A stretch of DNA of 64,000 nucleotides. Origin: an uncultured Actinomycetes bacterium (GTDB taxonomy: Bacteria; Actinomycetota; Thermoleophilia; Solirubrobacterales; 70-9). A program made the position numbers and the translations under genes. Shown here piece by piece: positions 1-9,268 of this stretch. Position 1 is the first letter of the stretch. Each line of letters starts with the position of its first letter. The stretch is from assembly GCA_963782515.1 (NCBI GenBank), contig CAWAJY010000006.1, forward strand, positions 349,988-413,987, read 5' to 3'. A model generated the notes under the pieces. The model made no database searches and had not been told where the DNA came from. It worked only from the letters and a program-made list of their open reading frames with translations.

Positions 1-22
1 TACGAAGACTGTTGGAGTATTG

Positions 23-44
23 TAGTGGTGTACTGTACCCACTA
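23..44 (+). promoter_or_regulatory. candidate operator: inverted repeat TAGTGG-N10-CCACTA ending in the ATG of the first gene
   Basis: Read directly: tagtgg (23-28) and ccacta (39-44) flank a tgtac-tgtac direct repeat. This lies in the only AT-richer stretch at the window start, and there is no Shine-Dalgarno before ATG 44. Function is inference only. Confidence 0.2.
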
Positions 45-504
45 TGGCATTCGTCACCGCTGGCCGCAACGGCACGTTCGAGGTCAGGGAGTCGCGATCG
101 ACGCCAGGCGGGCCTCGGAGCCGAACGCTCGCCTCGTTCCGCGAGCTCGACGAGCCGACGATCCGGAAGGTGATCGAGCGAGCCGAGAAGGCTCCCGAGC
201 GCGACGAGTTGATCCAGGCAGCACTGCGGGCCGGAGCGACCGTTGCCCTGGCGCCGGTCGACGAGGCGGTCCGCACTCTTCTCCGCTCGCTGGCCCGCGG
301 AGAAGCCCCAGCCCGAAGCATCGACGCCTGCTGCTCGACGCGCTGGGTGGCGAATCCAACTCCGCCGCCGAATGGCTGGGGGCCTCCCCGGCCGAGCGGG
401 GTGAGGCGCTCCGCGAACTGCTGCTTTTTTCAGATGCCGTCCCGGTCCGCCGCCGGCCACGGAAGATCGGCTTCCCCCGGATCGACTCGAACCGGAACCC
501 ATGA
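44..504 (+). pseudogene. small hypothetical protein, apparently frameshifted
   Basis: The frame of ATG 44 gives a plausible N-terminus (MAFVTAGRNGTFEVRESRS...LARGEAP). After about nt 300-325 that frame turns into P/R/G-rich junk. The frame of ORF 25..504 then becomes protein-like (RRLLLDALGGESNSAAEWLGASPAERGEALRELLLF...) and ends in an ATGA overlap with the next gene at 501-504. Confidence 0.4.
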
Positions 505-1088
505 GCGCCGACGAGTCGCGCGGCGGCATCTCCCTCCCCGACAAGGTCATCGCGATCGATCGCGCCCTCGCCGCCGCCAAGATCCCCCATGCGATCGGCG
601 GAGCGATGGCCCTCGCCTACTACGCGGAGCCGCGCGCGACCATCGACGTGGACGTCAACGTCTTCGTATCGACCGAGCGCTGGCCGGACGTCGGAGCAGC
701 ACTCGCCCCCCTCGGTGTCGAGGTCGACCTGGACGAGTCGGCGCTGGCGCGGGACGGCCAGGTCCGCCTTTGGTGGGGTTCCAATCCGGTGGACCTCTTC
801 TTCTCCTATGACGCTTTCCACCACGAGATGGAGGAGACGACTCGCCGGGTGCCGTTTGCCGGCGCACGCATCCCGATCCTCGCGCCCGAGCACCTCGCAG
901 TCTGTAAGGCGATCTTCAATCGGCCGAAAGATTGGCTCGACATCGAAGCGATGCTCGTCGTTGCCGAACCGCTCGACGTCGCCGCGATCGAATCCTGGCT
1001 GACGAGGATGGTCGGTGCGGATGACGAGCGACTCGGGAAGCTCGGCGCGATCCTCGACCGCCTTGAGGTTCCGCGCGGACCCGGATGA
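501..1088 (+). CDS. nucleotidyltransferase-fold protein (minimal Pol-beta/AbiEii-like NTase), copy 1
   Basis: 195 aa. It has the motif HAIGGAMALAYYAEPRATIDVDVNVF (GG...DxD of Pol-beta-type NTases) and a C-terminal RPKDWLDIE motif. ATGA overlaps at both ends. Confidence 0.55.
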   Translation: MSADESRGGISLPDKVIAIDRALAAAKIPHAIGGAMALAYYAEPRATIDVDVNVFVSTERWPDVGAALAPLGVEVDLDESALARDGQVRLWWGSNPVDLFFSYDAFHHEMEETTRRVPFAGARIPILAPEHLAVCKAIFNRPKDWLDIEAMLVVAEPLDVAAIESWLTRMVGADDERLGKLGAILDRLEVPRGPG

Positions 1089-1582
1089 CGGACCCGAGCC
1101 CTGAGGAGAGGGTGCTCGCGGTAGATCGGGCCCTCGCCGTGGCCGGGATCCCGCACGCGATCGGCGGCGCGATCGCCCTCGGCCACTACGCCGAACCGCG
1201 TCCGATCAGGGACATCGACGTCAACGCCTTCGTCGCACCCGAGCGACGGCCGGAGGTCGAGGCGGCGTTGGCCGGGATCGACGCCGACGGCCCTCCCGTA
1301 CACCTCTTCTTCTCCGACGACGCGCTGCACGAGGCGATGCCCGCCGCGGTCCGCGAAGTGCCCTTCGCCGGAACCACGATCCCGATCGTCTCCCCCGAGC
1401 ACCTCGTCATCCGTAAGGCGATGCTCGATCGTCCGAAGGACTGGCTCGACATCGAGGCGATCCTCGCCGCCGAGACGCCGCTCGACCTCGACGTGATCAG
1501 ATCCTGGCTGGAGCGCCTCGCCGGCCGCGACGATCCACGCCTGGAGAAGCTCGACGCGATCGTTCGAAGACTTGGAGGCTGA
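1085..1582 (+). CDS. nucleotidyltransferase-fold protein, tandem paralog (copy 2)
   Basis: 165 aa, roughly half identical by eye to copy 1 (HAIGGAIALGHYAEPRPIRDIDVNAF, RPKDWLDIEAIL). ATGA overlap with copy 1 at 1085-1088. Confidence 0.55.
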   Translation: MTDPSPEERVLAVDRALAVAGIPHAIGGAIALGHYAEPRPIRDIDVNAFVAPERRPEVEAALAGIDADGPPVHLFFSDDALHEAMPAAVREVPFAGTTIPIVSPEHLVIRKAMLDRPKDWLDIEAILAAETPLDLDVIRSWLERLAGRDDPRLEKLDAIVRRLGG

Positions 1583-1593
1583 CGGCGGCCAGA

Positions 1594-1987
1594 AGGGACG
1601 GGGCGTTTTGAAGCCGGCGCCCGAGGTGAGGGACGCAAGGCGGTGCCGACGAGTGCGGCCGTCTCGGCCACGGCCCTGGCTGGCTGTGACCGTGGCCGAG
1701 ACGGCCGGGGCATGAAAGCTGGGTTCTCCACGGTCCGAAGCCACCGAGACGAACCCATAGACCTTGGTAGCCCTTTGGGCTACCAAGGTCTATGGGTTGG
1801 GTCCGGGCCCGACAGAAGCGTGACGAGGGTGGGAACTTCCGGGCGGACGCGTGACGGACCATCGGAGATTCACACGAGACCCTCACGGTCCAGGGCGTCT
1901 CATGGAGGTCACAGCCTGCCAGGACCTCCATGAGACGCCCAGGGCACCGCTTCTAGAACTGCCGGGGGGCCGGGAGAACGGCCGTCC
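1594..1987 (+). repeat. mosaic hairpin repeat, locus A (type I: M1-M2-M3-M4-M5)
   Basis: M2 hairpin 1657-1706. M3 perfect 19-bp hairpin 1754-1796. M4 hairpin 1893-1940 (18-bp stem). Ends in acggccgtcc. Lies between convergent gene ends (1582 / 2002). Confidence 0.85.
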
Positions 1988-2001
1988 GCCGGCTACCACC
2001 C

Positions 2002-2673
2002 CTACTGCGGAGCCGCAGCCGGATCCGCGACGATCGTGACGGCGTCGTTCTTCACGCGGCCCGCGGGGATCGAGGGGTCGCCCGCGATCAGTTGCTGGAG
2101 GGGATCGCGCTTTTCCTCGCCGGTGACGAGGAAGAGGATCTGGCGGGCCTCCGCGAGGGCCGGGTAGGTGAGGGTCATGCGGCGGTGGCCCTGGTAGGGG
2201 TTGGTGGTGATCGCGACGCGGCGGTCGTCGACCTCGAGGACCGGGTCGCCGGGGACGAGGGAGGCGGTGTGACCGTCTGGGCCGAGGCCGAGGTGGACGA
2301 GGTCGAGGCGCCCGGGGAGCGAGGTGTCGTATTCGTGGGCGGCGGCGTCGAGGTCGCGGTTGGTGACCGGCATCGGGCGGAGCGCCGACTGGTGGTCCAT
2401 CGAGAGTCCGAGGACCATGTGGGTGAGGTTGCGCTCCTCGGAGCCGGGCGAGGCGATGCGCTCGTCGACCTGGAAGAGCTCGGTCTCGGCCCAGGGCATC
2501 TCCTCGAGTTCGCCGAGGATCGCCAGCATCGCCCAGGGCGAACGGCCGCCGCTCATCGCGAAGGCGAAGTGGCCGTGGTCGGCCACCGCGGCCGCGCCCG
2601 CCTTGGCGATCAGCTCGGCCGCGCGCCGGGCGGCGGCCTTTTCGTCCTTGGTGACCTCGAGGTCCAGGGGCAT
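2002..2673 (-). CDS. pgl: 6-phosphogluconolactonase
   Basis: 223 aa. Family-typical FAFAMSGGRSP and LGLGPDGHTASL motifs. Downstream of gnd on the same strand. Confidence 0.85.
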   Translation of the reverse strand: MPLDLEVTKDEKAAARRAAELIAKAGAAAVADHGHFAFAMSGGRSPWAMLAILGELEEMPWAETELFQVDERIASPGSEERNLTHMVLGLSMDHQSALRPMPVTNRDLDAAAHEYDTSLPGRLDLVHLGLGPDGHTASLVPGDPVLEVDDRRVAITTNPYQGHRRMTLTYPALAEARQILFLVTGEEKRDPLQQLIAGDPSIPAGRVKNDAVTIVADPAAAPQ

Positions 2674-2692
2674 GGTCGGTTGCTCCTCGCTC

Positions 2693-3709
2693 CTAGTTGT
2701 CGCGCTCTTTGTGGCCGCCGAACTGGTAGCGCATCGCCGAGAGGACCTTGTCGCCGAAGTCGCCGAGGTCGCGCGAGTAGAAGCGCTCGTGCAGCGCGGT
2801 GGTGAGGACCGGGGTCGGCACGCCCTCCTCGATCGCCGCGATCGAGGTCCAGCGACCCTCGCCGGAGTCCGAGACGCGGCCGCTGTATTCGGCGAGCTGC
2901 GGGCTCTCGGCGAGCGCCGCCGCGGTCAGGTCGAGGAGCCAGGAGCCGACCACCGAGCCGCGCCGCCAGACCTCCGCGATCGCCTGGATGTCGAGGTCGA
3001 ATTCGTAGTACTCGGGCTGGTCGAGCGGCGCCGTCTCGGCGTCGTCGAGCCGCTTGGTCTTGCCCGCGTCGGCGTTCTCGAGCACGTTCAGCCCCTCGGC
3101 GTAGGCGGCCATGATCCCGTACTCGATCCCGTTGTGGACCATCTTCACGAAGTGGCCCGCGCCGCTCTGGCCGCAGTGCAGGTAGCCCTGCTCGGCGGCG
3201 CTCGGCTCACCGGTCAGGCCCGGCGTGCGCTCCGCCGCCTCGACCCCCGGCGCCAGCGTCTTGAAGATCGGGTCGAGCCGCGACACCGCGTCGTCGGGCC
3301 CGCCGATCATCAGGCAGTAGCCGCGCTCGAGGCCGAAGACGCCGCCGCTCGTCCCGCAGTCGACGTAGTCGATCCCCTTCTCGGCGGCGCGTTTGCCGCG
3401 GCGCATGTCGTCGCGGTAGTAGGAGTTGCCGCCGTCGATGATCGCGTCGCCGGAGTCCAGCACCCCTTCCAGCCCCTGCACCGTCTCTTCGGTGATCGTG
3501 CCCGCCGGGACCATCACCCAGACCGAGCGCGGCGCGGACAGCTTCGCGGCCAGGTCCTCCAGCGAGGAGGCACCGTTGGCGCCCTCCCCCGCGAGGCCCT
3601 CGACGGCGTCGGGGTTGACGTCGTAGGCGACGATCGTGTGGCCGTCCTTCATCAACCGGCGGGCCATGTTGGCCCCCATGCGGCCGAGGCCGACGATTCC
3701 AAGCTCCAT
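2693..3709 (-). CDS. gnd: 6-phosphogluconate dehydrogenase (decarboxylating, short form)
   Basis: Start taken at [19 protein letters not shown] (ATG 3709), preceded by GGAGGAG. GxGxMG Rossmann motif and [16 protein letters not shown] motif. The longer ORF to 3769 has no RBS. Confidence 0.85.
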   Translation of the reverse strand: MELGIVGLGRMGANMARRLMKDGHTIVAYDVNPDAVEGLAGEGANGASSLEDLAAKLSAPRSVWVMVPAGTITEETVQGLEGVLDSGDAIIDGGNSYYRDDMRRGKRAAEKGIDYVDCGTSGGVFGLERGYCLMIGGPDDAVSRLDPIFKTLAPGVEAAERTPGLTGEPSAAEQGYLHCGQSGAGHFVKMVHNGIEYGIMAAYAEGLNVLENADAGKTKRLDDAETAPLDQPEYYEFDLDIQAIAEVWRRGSVVGSWLLDLTAAALAESPQLAEYSGRVSDSGEGRWTSIAAIEEGVPTPVLTTALHERFYSRDLGDFGDKVLSAMRYQFGGHKERDN

Positions 3710-3804
3710 GGTTCTCCTCCTGGTGGGCCTTACTGGTGCGGGGCGCTGTTCGAACGGGGCGCCTCGCATCCTAGGCGCTGACAGCAGGTAGCCTGCGCGC
3801 CACG

Positions 3805-5214
3805 ATGGCGAAACGGACGAAGGGACACGTCGACAAGGCCGCGGACGTCCTGGCGATCTTCGGGATCAGCGGCGACCTGGCGAAGAAAATGACCTTCCGG
3901 GCGCTCTACCGGATGCAGCGCGCCGGGATGCTGAAGTGCCCGGTGGTCGGCGTCGCGCTCGACGACTGGGACGACGAGGGGCTGCGCAAGCACGCCCGCG
4001 AAGCGGTCGAAGCGACCGTCGCCGAGTGCGACATGGAGTCGCTCGACGCGATGCTCTCCCGCCTCTCCTACGTGCAGGGCGATTACGGCGACGCGTCCAC
4101 CTACGAGCGGGTTGCGCAGGCCCTCGGCGACGCCAAGCAGCCGGTCTTCTACCTCGAGATCCCGCCCTTCCTCTTCTCCACCGTGGTCAAGGGCCTCGGC
4201 AAGGCCGGGCTCGTCGACCGCGCCCACGTGGTGATCGAGAAGCCCTTCGGCCACGACCTCGAATCGGCCCGCGCCCTGAACGAGGAACTGCGCGAGGTGC
4301 TGGAGGAGGAACAGATCCTGCGGATCGACCATTACCTCGGCAAGGAGCCGGTGATGGACATCGCCTACATGCGCTTCGCCAACTCGACGCTCGAGCCGGT
4401 CTGGAACCGCGAGCACGTCTCCCACGTGCAGGTGACGATCGCCGAGAACTTCGGGGTCGACGACCGCGGCCATTTCTACGACTCGGTCGGGGCGATGCGC
4501 GACGTGATCCAGAACCACGCTCTGCAGGTGCTCGGGCTGATCGGGATGGAGCCGCCGAGCAGCAACGACCCCGACTCGATCCGGGACCAGAAGCTCTCCT
4601 TCTTCAAGGCGATGCGCGCGGCCGACCCGCAGCGTTACGTGCGCGGCCAGTACGACGGCTACCTCGACGTCAAGGACGTCGACCCGAAGTCGACGACCGA
4701 GACCTTCGCCGCGATGAAACTCGAGGTCGACAACTGGCGCTGGGCGGGCGTCCCCTTCTTCATCCGCGCGGGCAAGTTCCTGCCGGAGAAGACGAGCGAA
4801 GTGACCGCCGTGTTCCGGCGGCCGCCGCTGCTCGGCATCGGCCACGGGAAAACGCCGGAACCGAACCACCTGACCTTCCGGATCGAGCCCGAACCGGGAG
4901 CGCGGTTGCGGCTGTGGGCGAAAGCGGCCGCCGACGAAGGGTTCGAGCCGGCCGACCTCGAGGTCCTCTTCGAACGCGAACCGGGCTCCGACCCCGAGCC
5001 CTACGAGCGCCTCCTCGGCGACGCCCTGAACGGCATCCACACCCTCTTCACCCGCCAGGACGCGATCGAAGAGACCTGGCGGGTGGTGCAGCCGCTGCTC
5101 GACGACCCGGGCCCGGTGCTCCCCTACGCGCAGGGCACCTGGGGACCCGAGGCGGCGCAGCATCTGGTCAAAGGCACCACCGCCTGGGCCGATCCGTGGC
5201 TGCCCGGTAGCTAG
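3805..5214 (+). CDS. zwf: glucose-6-phosphate 1-dehydrogenase
   Basis: 469 aa with the RIDHYLGKE active-site motif and an N-terminal GxxGDLA NADP motif. Divergent from gnd-pgl. Confidence 0.9.
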   Translation: MAKRTKGHVDKAADVLAIFGISGDLAKKMTFRALYRMQRAGMLKCPVVGVALDDWDDEGLRKHAREAVEATVAECDMESLDAMLSRLSYVQGDYGDASTYERVAQALGDAKQPVFYLEIPPFLFSTVVKGLGKAGLVDRAHVVIEKPFGHDLESARALNEELREVLEEEQILRIDHYLGKEPVMDIAYMRFANSTLEPVWNREHVSHVQVTIAENFGVDDRGHFYDSVGAMRDVIQNHALQVLGLIGMEPPSSNDPDSIRDQKLSFFKAMRAADPQRYVRGQYDGYLDVKDVDPKSTTETFAAMKLEVDNWRWAGVPFFIRAGKFLPEKTSEVTAVFRRPPLLGIGHGKTPEPNHLTFRIEPEPGARLRLWAKAAADEGFEPADLEVLFEREPGSDPEPYERLLGDALNGIHTLFTRQDAIEETWRVVQPLLDDPGPVLPYAQGTWGPEAAQHLVKGTTAWADPWLPGS

Positions 5215-5238
5215 TAGAGGCTGATTCGGGGCCCGCGC

Positions 5239-5759
5239 GGGACGGCGGTTGTTCCGGCGGTGGCGGCCGTCCGAGGTGCGTCCTGGGCGTCTCATGGGCG
5301 GTCCTGGCAGGCTGTGACCGCCATGAGACGCCCAGGACTTGAGGGGTTCGTGAAGCAGCCGGCACACCTCGGCCGGATCGGTGACGAAGATGCCGGGAAG
5401 GTCACACCCGCGTGAGCCTCCGGTCTGTCTCCGGGCCCGGGACAAGGGCCCGAGGCCTCGATGCAAGCATTGACGTCGTCATGGCGACACCAAAGCTTGC
5501 ATCGCGGTCGTGACCGTTGGACAACACGCACGGAAGCGTGGAGTTCCCACGGTCTCCGTGACGAGGTACGTCTTCCGTGACGGATCCGTGTCCCTCCCGT
5601 GACGAACCCGGGGCACCGTCGCGAGAGATCCGCCACTCCCCGCACTCCCGGCCGTCTCGGCCACGGCCACAGCCGGCCAGGGCCGTGGCCGAGACGGCCA
5701 CGCTCGCCGCCGGCCCTTGCGTCCCTTGCCCGGGCGCCGGCTTCAGACGGCCCCGTCCC
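5239..5759 (-). repeat. mosaic hairpin repeat, locus B (type II, reverse orientation)
   Basis: M5 5239-5275. M4 5280-5338. Conserved small hairpin 5381-5405. Variable hairpin VH1 5460-5503. Conserved core 5504-5610. M2 5650-5699. M1 5700-5759. Lies between the zwf stop and the efeU start. Confidence 0.85.
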
Positions 5760-5839
5760 TCCCCGGAACCATCCTCCCGCCCCAACTCCTAGCGGCCTGC
5801 TAGGTTTTCGGGCGCCCTTATTAGGGGGGCCGAATACCC

Positions 5840-6697
5840 ATGATCCCCACCTTCGTCATCACGCTGCGCGAGGGCGTCGAGGCCTCGCTGATCGTCGGCA
5901 TCATCGCCGCCTTCCTGGTCAAGGAGGGGCGCCGGGACGCGCTGCGGCAGATGTGGATCGGGGTCGGCATCGCGGTCGTCCTCTGCACGGCGGTCGGCGT
6001 CGGCCTGGACGTGGTCGGCGAAGAACTGCCGCAGAAGGAGCAGGAGGGGCTGGAGACGATCGTCGGCCTGATCGCGGTGGCGATGATCAGCTACATGATC
6101 ATCTGGATGACCCGCCACTCGCGGGAGATCAAGGCCGAACTCGAGGGCGAGGCGGCGAGCGCGCTGGCCCACGGCTCGGCGATGGCGCTGGTCGGCATGG
6201 CCTTCCTCGCGGTCCTGCGCGAGGGCTTCGAGACCTCCGTCTTCCTGCTCGCCGCCTTCCAGGACGCGACCGACACGACCGCCGCCGGCGCCGGCGCGGT
6301 CCTCGGCCTGCTCGCCGCGGTGCTGATCGGCGTCGGCCTCTACCGCGGCGGCGTCCACATCAACCTCTCGAAGTTCTTCAAGATCACCGGGCTCGTCCTC
6401 GTCTTCGTCGCCGCCGGCCTGCTGGCGACCGCCGCCCACACCGCCCACGAGGCGGGCTGGATCAACAGCTTCCAGTCCGAGGCGGTGAGCCTGCGCTGGC
6501 TGGTCCACCCGGGGACCGTCTCCGAATCGCTCTTGACCGGGATGCTCGGCCTGCGCGCCGTGCCGACCCAGGTCGAGGCGTTCGTCTACCTGGCCTACGC
6601 GATCCCGATGGCCACCTACGTCCTCTGGCCGCGCGGCCGCCGCGCCCCCAGCCGCAGCGCGGAGGCGGGCGGCACCGCCGCCCAGAACCCGGCCTAG
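5840..6697 (+). CDS. efeU: FTR1/EfeU-family iron permease
   Basis: 285 aa polytopic membrane protein with two REGxE motifs (REGVEASL, REGFETSV). Confidence 0.8.
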   Translation: MIPTFVITLREGVEASLIVGIIAAFLVKEGRRDALRQMWIGVGIAVVLCTAVGVGLDVVGEELPQKEQEGLETIVGLIAVAMISYMIIWMTRHSREIKAELEGEAASALAHGSAMALVGMAFLAVLREGFETSVFLLAAFQDATDTTAAGAGAVLGLLAAVLIGVGLYRGGVHINLSKFFKITGLVLVFVAAGLLATAAHTAHEAGWINSFQSEAVSLRWLVHPGTVSESLLTGMLGLRAVPTQVEAFVYLAYAIPMATYVLWPRGRRAPSRSAEAGGTAAQNPA

Positions 6698-6699
6698 CG

Positions 6700-7932
6700 A
6701 TGCCGCTCTCACGTCGTCGCCTGCTCGCCTCGGCGGGGCTCGGCGCCGCCGGCGTCGGCCTCGGCGCGGGCGGCTACCTCGTCGGCCACGAGGCCGCCAC
6801 GGCCGACGCCGCCGAAAGCGCCGGCACCGTCCCCTTCTACGGCGAGCACCAGGCGGGCATCGCGACGCCGGTCCAGGACCGTCTCCACTTCGCTGCCTTC
6901 GACCTCGAAACGGAAAGCAAGGCGGAGCTGCGCGAACTGATGGAAGAGTGGTCGCAGGCGGCGCGGGAAATGACCGAAGGCCGGATGATCGGCGCCGAGA
7001 ACGACAACGTCTACGCGCCCCCCGACGACACCGGCGAGGCGAAGGGCCTCACCGCCTCCAACCTGACCGTCACCTTCGGCTTCGGCCCTGGCATCTTCGA
7101 CCGCCCCGGCCTCGGGCTCGCCGCCCGGCGCCCGGCCGAGCTTAAACCGCTCCCGGCCCTCCCCGGCGATGAGCTGAACGGTCTCGAATCCGGCGGCGAC
7201 ATCTGCGTGCAGGCGTGCGCCGACGACCCCCAGGTGGTCTTCCACGCGATCCGCAACCTCGCCCGGATCGGCCGCGGCACGGTGACCATGCGCTGGTCCC
7301 AGCTCGGCTTCGGGCGCACCTCGAGCACCAGCCGCGGCCAGGAAACCCCGCGCAACCTCTTCGGGATGAAAGACGGCACGGCCAACATCAAGGCCGAGGA
7401 CACCGACGCGATGTCGAAGTTCGTCTGGGTCGACGACGGGCCGGCGTGGATGCGGGGCGGCAGCTACCTGGTCACCCGTCGGATCCGGATGAACCTCGAG
7501 GTCTGGGACCGGTCCTCGCTCGGCGACCAGGAGGAATCGATCGGCCGGCAGAAGTACAACGGGGCGCCGCTCGGCGGCAGCGAAGAGTTCGAACCGCTGC
7601 CGCTCGACGACAAAGATTCGAACGGCGAACCGGTGATCCCGGCGAACTCCCACGTGCGGCTCGCCTCGGCACAGGAAAACGACGGCCTGCAGATCCTCCG
7701 GCGCGGCTACTCGTTCACCGACGGCGTCGACCAGAGCCTCGGCCAGCTCGAAGCCGGCCTCTTCTTCATCGCCTTCCAGCGGGACCCGGACAAGCAGTTC
7801 GTCGCGCTGCAGCGCAAGCTCGGCGTCAACGACGCGCTCAACGAGTACATCAAGCACGTCGGCAGCGCCGTCTTCGCCGTCCCCGGCGGAGTCGCGAAGG
7901 GCGGCTACGTCGGCGAAGCGCTGTTCGCCTGA
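6700..7932 (+). CDS. efeB: Dyp-type peroxidase / deferrochelatase EfeB (Tat-exported)
   Basis: Start taken at MPLSRRRLLASAGLGAAG (twin-arginine signal), in frame within the long ORF 5599..7932. The Dyp family C-terminal region is recognisable (GLFFIAFQRDP). Confidence 0.85.
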   Translation: MPLSRRRLLASAGLGAAGVGLGAGGYLVGHEAATADAAESAGTVPFYGEHQAGIATPVQDRLHFAAFDLETESKAELRELMEEWSQAAREMTEGRMIGAENDNVYAPPDDTGEAKGLTASNLTVTFGFGPGIFDRPGLGLAARRPAELKPLPALPGDELNGLESGGDICVQACADDPQVVFHAIRNLARIGRGTVTMRWSQLGFGRTSSTSRGQETPRNLFGMKDGTANIKAEDTDAMSKFVWVDDGPAWMRGGSYLVTRRIRMNLEVWDRSSLGDQEESIGRQKYNGAPLGGSEEFEPLPLDDKDSNGEPVIPANSHVRLASAQENDGLQILRRGYSFTDGVDQSLGQLEAGLFFIAFQRDPDKQFVALQRKLGVNDALNEYIKHVGSAVFAVPGGVAKGGYVGEALFA

Positions 7933-8080
7933 AATTATTCCGACCGGATCCGTCGGTTTTTGTTAGGGTCCCCTAAGTAGGACCCACCTGTGCCCGGGAT
8001 CCGCGCCGAACGAGACGACGTCGCGGTCCTGGGCACGCCTTACCTCGAACCATCCACCTCTCACCAAGGAGTCTGTCCAG

Positions 8081-9229
8081 ATGAACCGTGTCCCTCTGCG
8101 TGCCCTGATCGCGGCGGTCGGCTTAGCCCTCGTCGCGCTGTTCGTGGCGGCCTGCGGCTCCAGCGGCGACAGCACCGCCTCCTCGGCCGACTCCACCCAG
8201 CTCACCTTCAAACTGACCGACGACGGCTGCGATCCGATCAAGGCGAGCGCCCCCGCCGGCCCGATCGACTTCACGGTCGAAAACGGCGGCACGAGCAAGT
8301 ACACCGAGCTCGAGATCCTCGACGGGGAAACGATCCTCGGCGAGCGCGAGAACATCATCGACGGCACCACCGGCAGCTTCTCGCTGACCCTCGAAGAAGG
8401 CGAATACGCGGTGCGCTGCCAAGAAGGAGGCGGCGACGGCGAAGCCACGCTGAAGGTGACCGGCCAGGTGGAAACCAAGAAGAGCCCGGAAATCGACAAG
8501 GCGATCGCCGACTACCGCGCCTACCTCGAGGAAAACACCGCCGAGCTGACGGCGAAGACGAAGCCGTTCGTCGCCGCGGTGATCGCCGGGAACATCGCGA
8601 AGGCGAAACAGCTCTACCCGGAACCGCGCATCCCGTACGAGCGGATCGAGCCGGTGGCCGAGTCCTTCGGCGACCTCGACCCGCGCATCGACGCGCGTGA
8701 AAACGACGTCGAGCCGAGTGAATTCGGCGGCTTCCACCGGATCGAGAAAGCGCTCTGGGAAGAAGAAAGCCTGAAGGGGATGAAGCCGGTCGCCGAAGAG
8801 CTGATGGCGAACGTCGAAGAACTGGAAGCGAAAGTCAAGGGCGTGAAACTGCAGGCGGTCCAGATCGCCAACGGCGCCAACGAGCTCCTCACCGAGGTCT
8901 CGACCTCGAAGATCACCGGCGAGGAGGAGCGCTACTCGCACATCGACCTGGTCGACTTCAAGGCCAACGTCGAAGGATCGGAAGACGCCTTCCAGGCGGT
9001 CGCCCCGCTGATGGAGAAGCAGGACCCGAAGCTGGCCAAGGAAATCGAAGCCGACTTCGCCAACGTCTACGCGACGCTGAAGCCCTACGAAACCGACAAG
9101 TGGCCCGGGTTCGTCTTCTACGAAGAACTCAACGAAGAAGACACCCGCAAATTGGCGCAGGGCATCAACGCGCTGGCCGAGAAACTGTCGCTCGTTCCGG
9201 CCCAGATCGCCAAGGGGGAACAGGCCTAG
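8081..9229 (+). CDS. efeO: EfeO-like iron-uptake lipoprotein (cupredoxin-like N-domain + M75/imelysin-like domain)
   Basis: AAGGAG RBS. Lipobox LFVAAC. GGFHRIEKALW (HxxE) motif typical of EfeO/EfeM. Confidence 0.75.
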   Translation: MNRVPLRALIAAVGLALVALFVAACGSSGDSTASSADSTQLTFKLTDDGCDPIKASAPAGPIDFTVENGGTSKYTELEILDGETILGERENIIDGTTGSFSLTLEEGEYAVRCQEGGGDGEATLKVTGQVETKKSPEIDKAIADYRAYLEENTAELTAKTKPFVAAVIAGNIAKAKQLYPEPRIPYERIEPVAESFGDLDPRIDARENDVEPSEFGGFHRIEKALWEEESLKGMKPVAEELMANVEELEAKVKGVKLQAVQIANGANELLTEVSTSKITGEEERYSHIDLVDFKANVEGSEDAFQAVAPLMEKQDPKLAKEIEADFANVYATLKPYETDKWPGFVFYEELNEEDTRKLAQGINALAEKLSLVPAQIAKGEQA

Positions 9230-9268
9230 CGTCAACCCGCCGGGGGAGTCCCTAGCCTGGGACGGTCC

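Noticed and set aside
5577-5792. Small ORFs inside the repeat loci, e.g. 1851..2039, 5577..5792, 14819..15067, 24480..24842 and 52552..52818, sharing peptides like SRPRPQPARAVAETA or HETPRT.
   Set aside because: The shared peptides simply reflect translation of the conserved hairpin DNA. Start codons, frames and lengths are not conserved between copies. The hairpins appear in both orientations, and no RBS is present.
5790-8080. IdeR/DtxR or Fur boxes upstream of efeU (5790-5839) and efeO (7950-8080), e.g. ttagggtcccctaagtagg at 7963-7981.
   Set aside because: The best candidate matches the 19-bp IdeR consensus TTAGGTTAGGCTAACCTAA at only about 10 of 19 positions by hand count, and mostly in one half-site. 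That is too weak to call.
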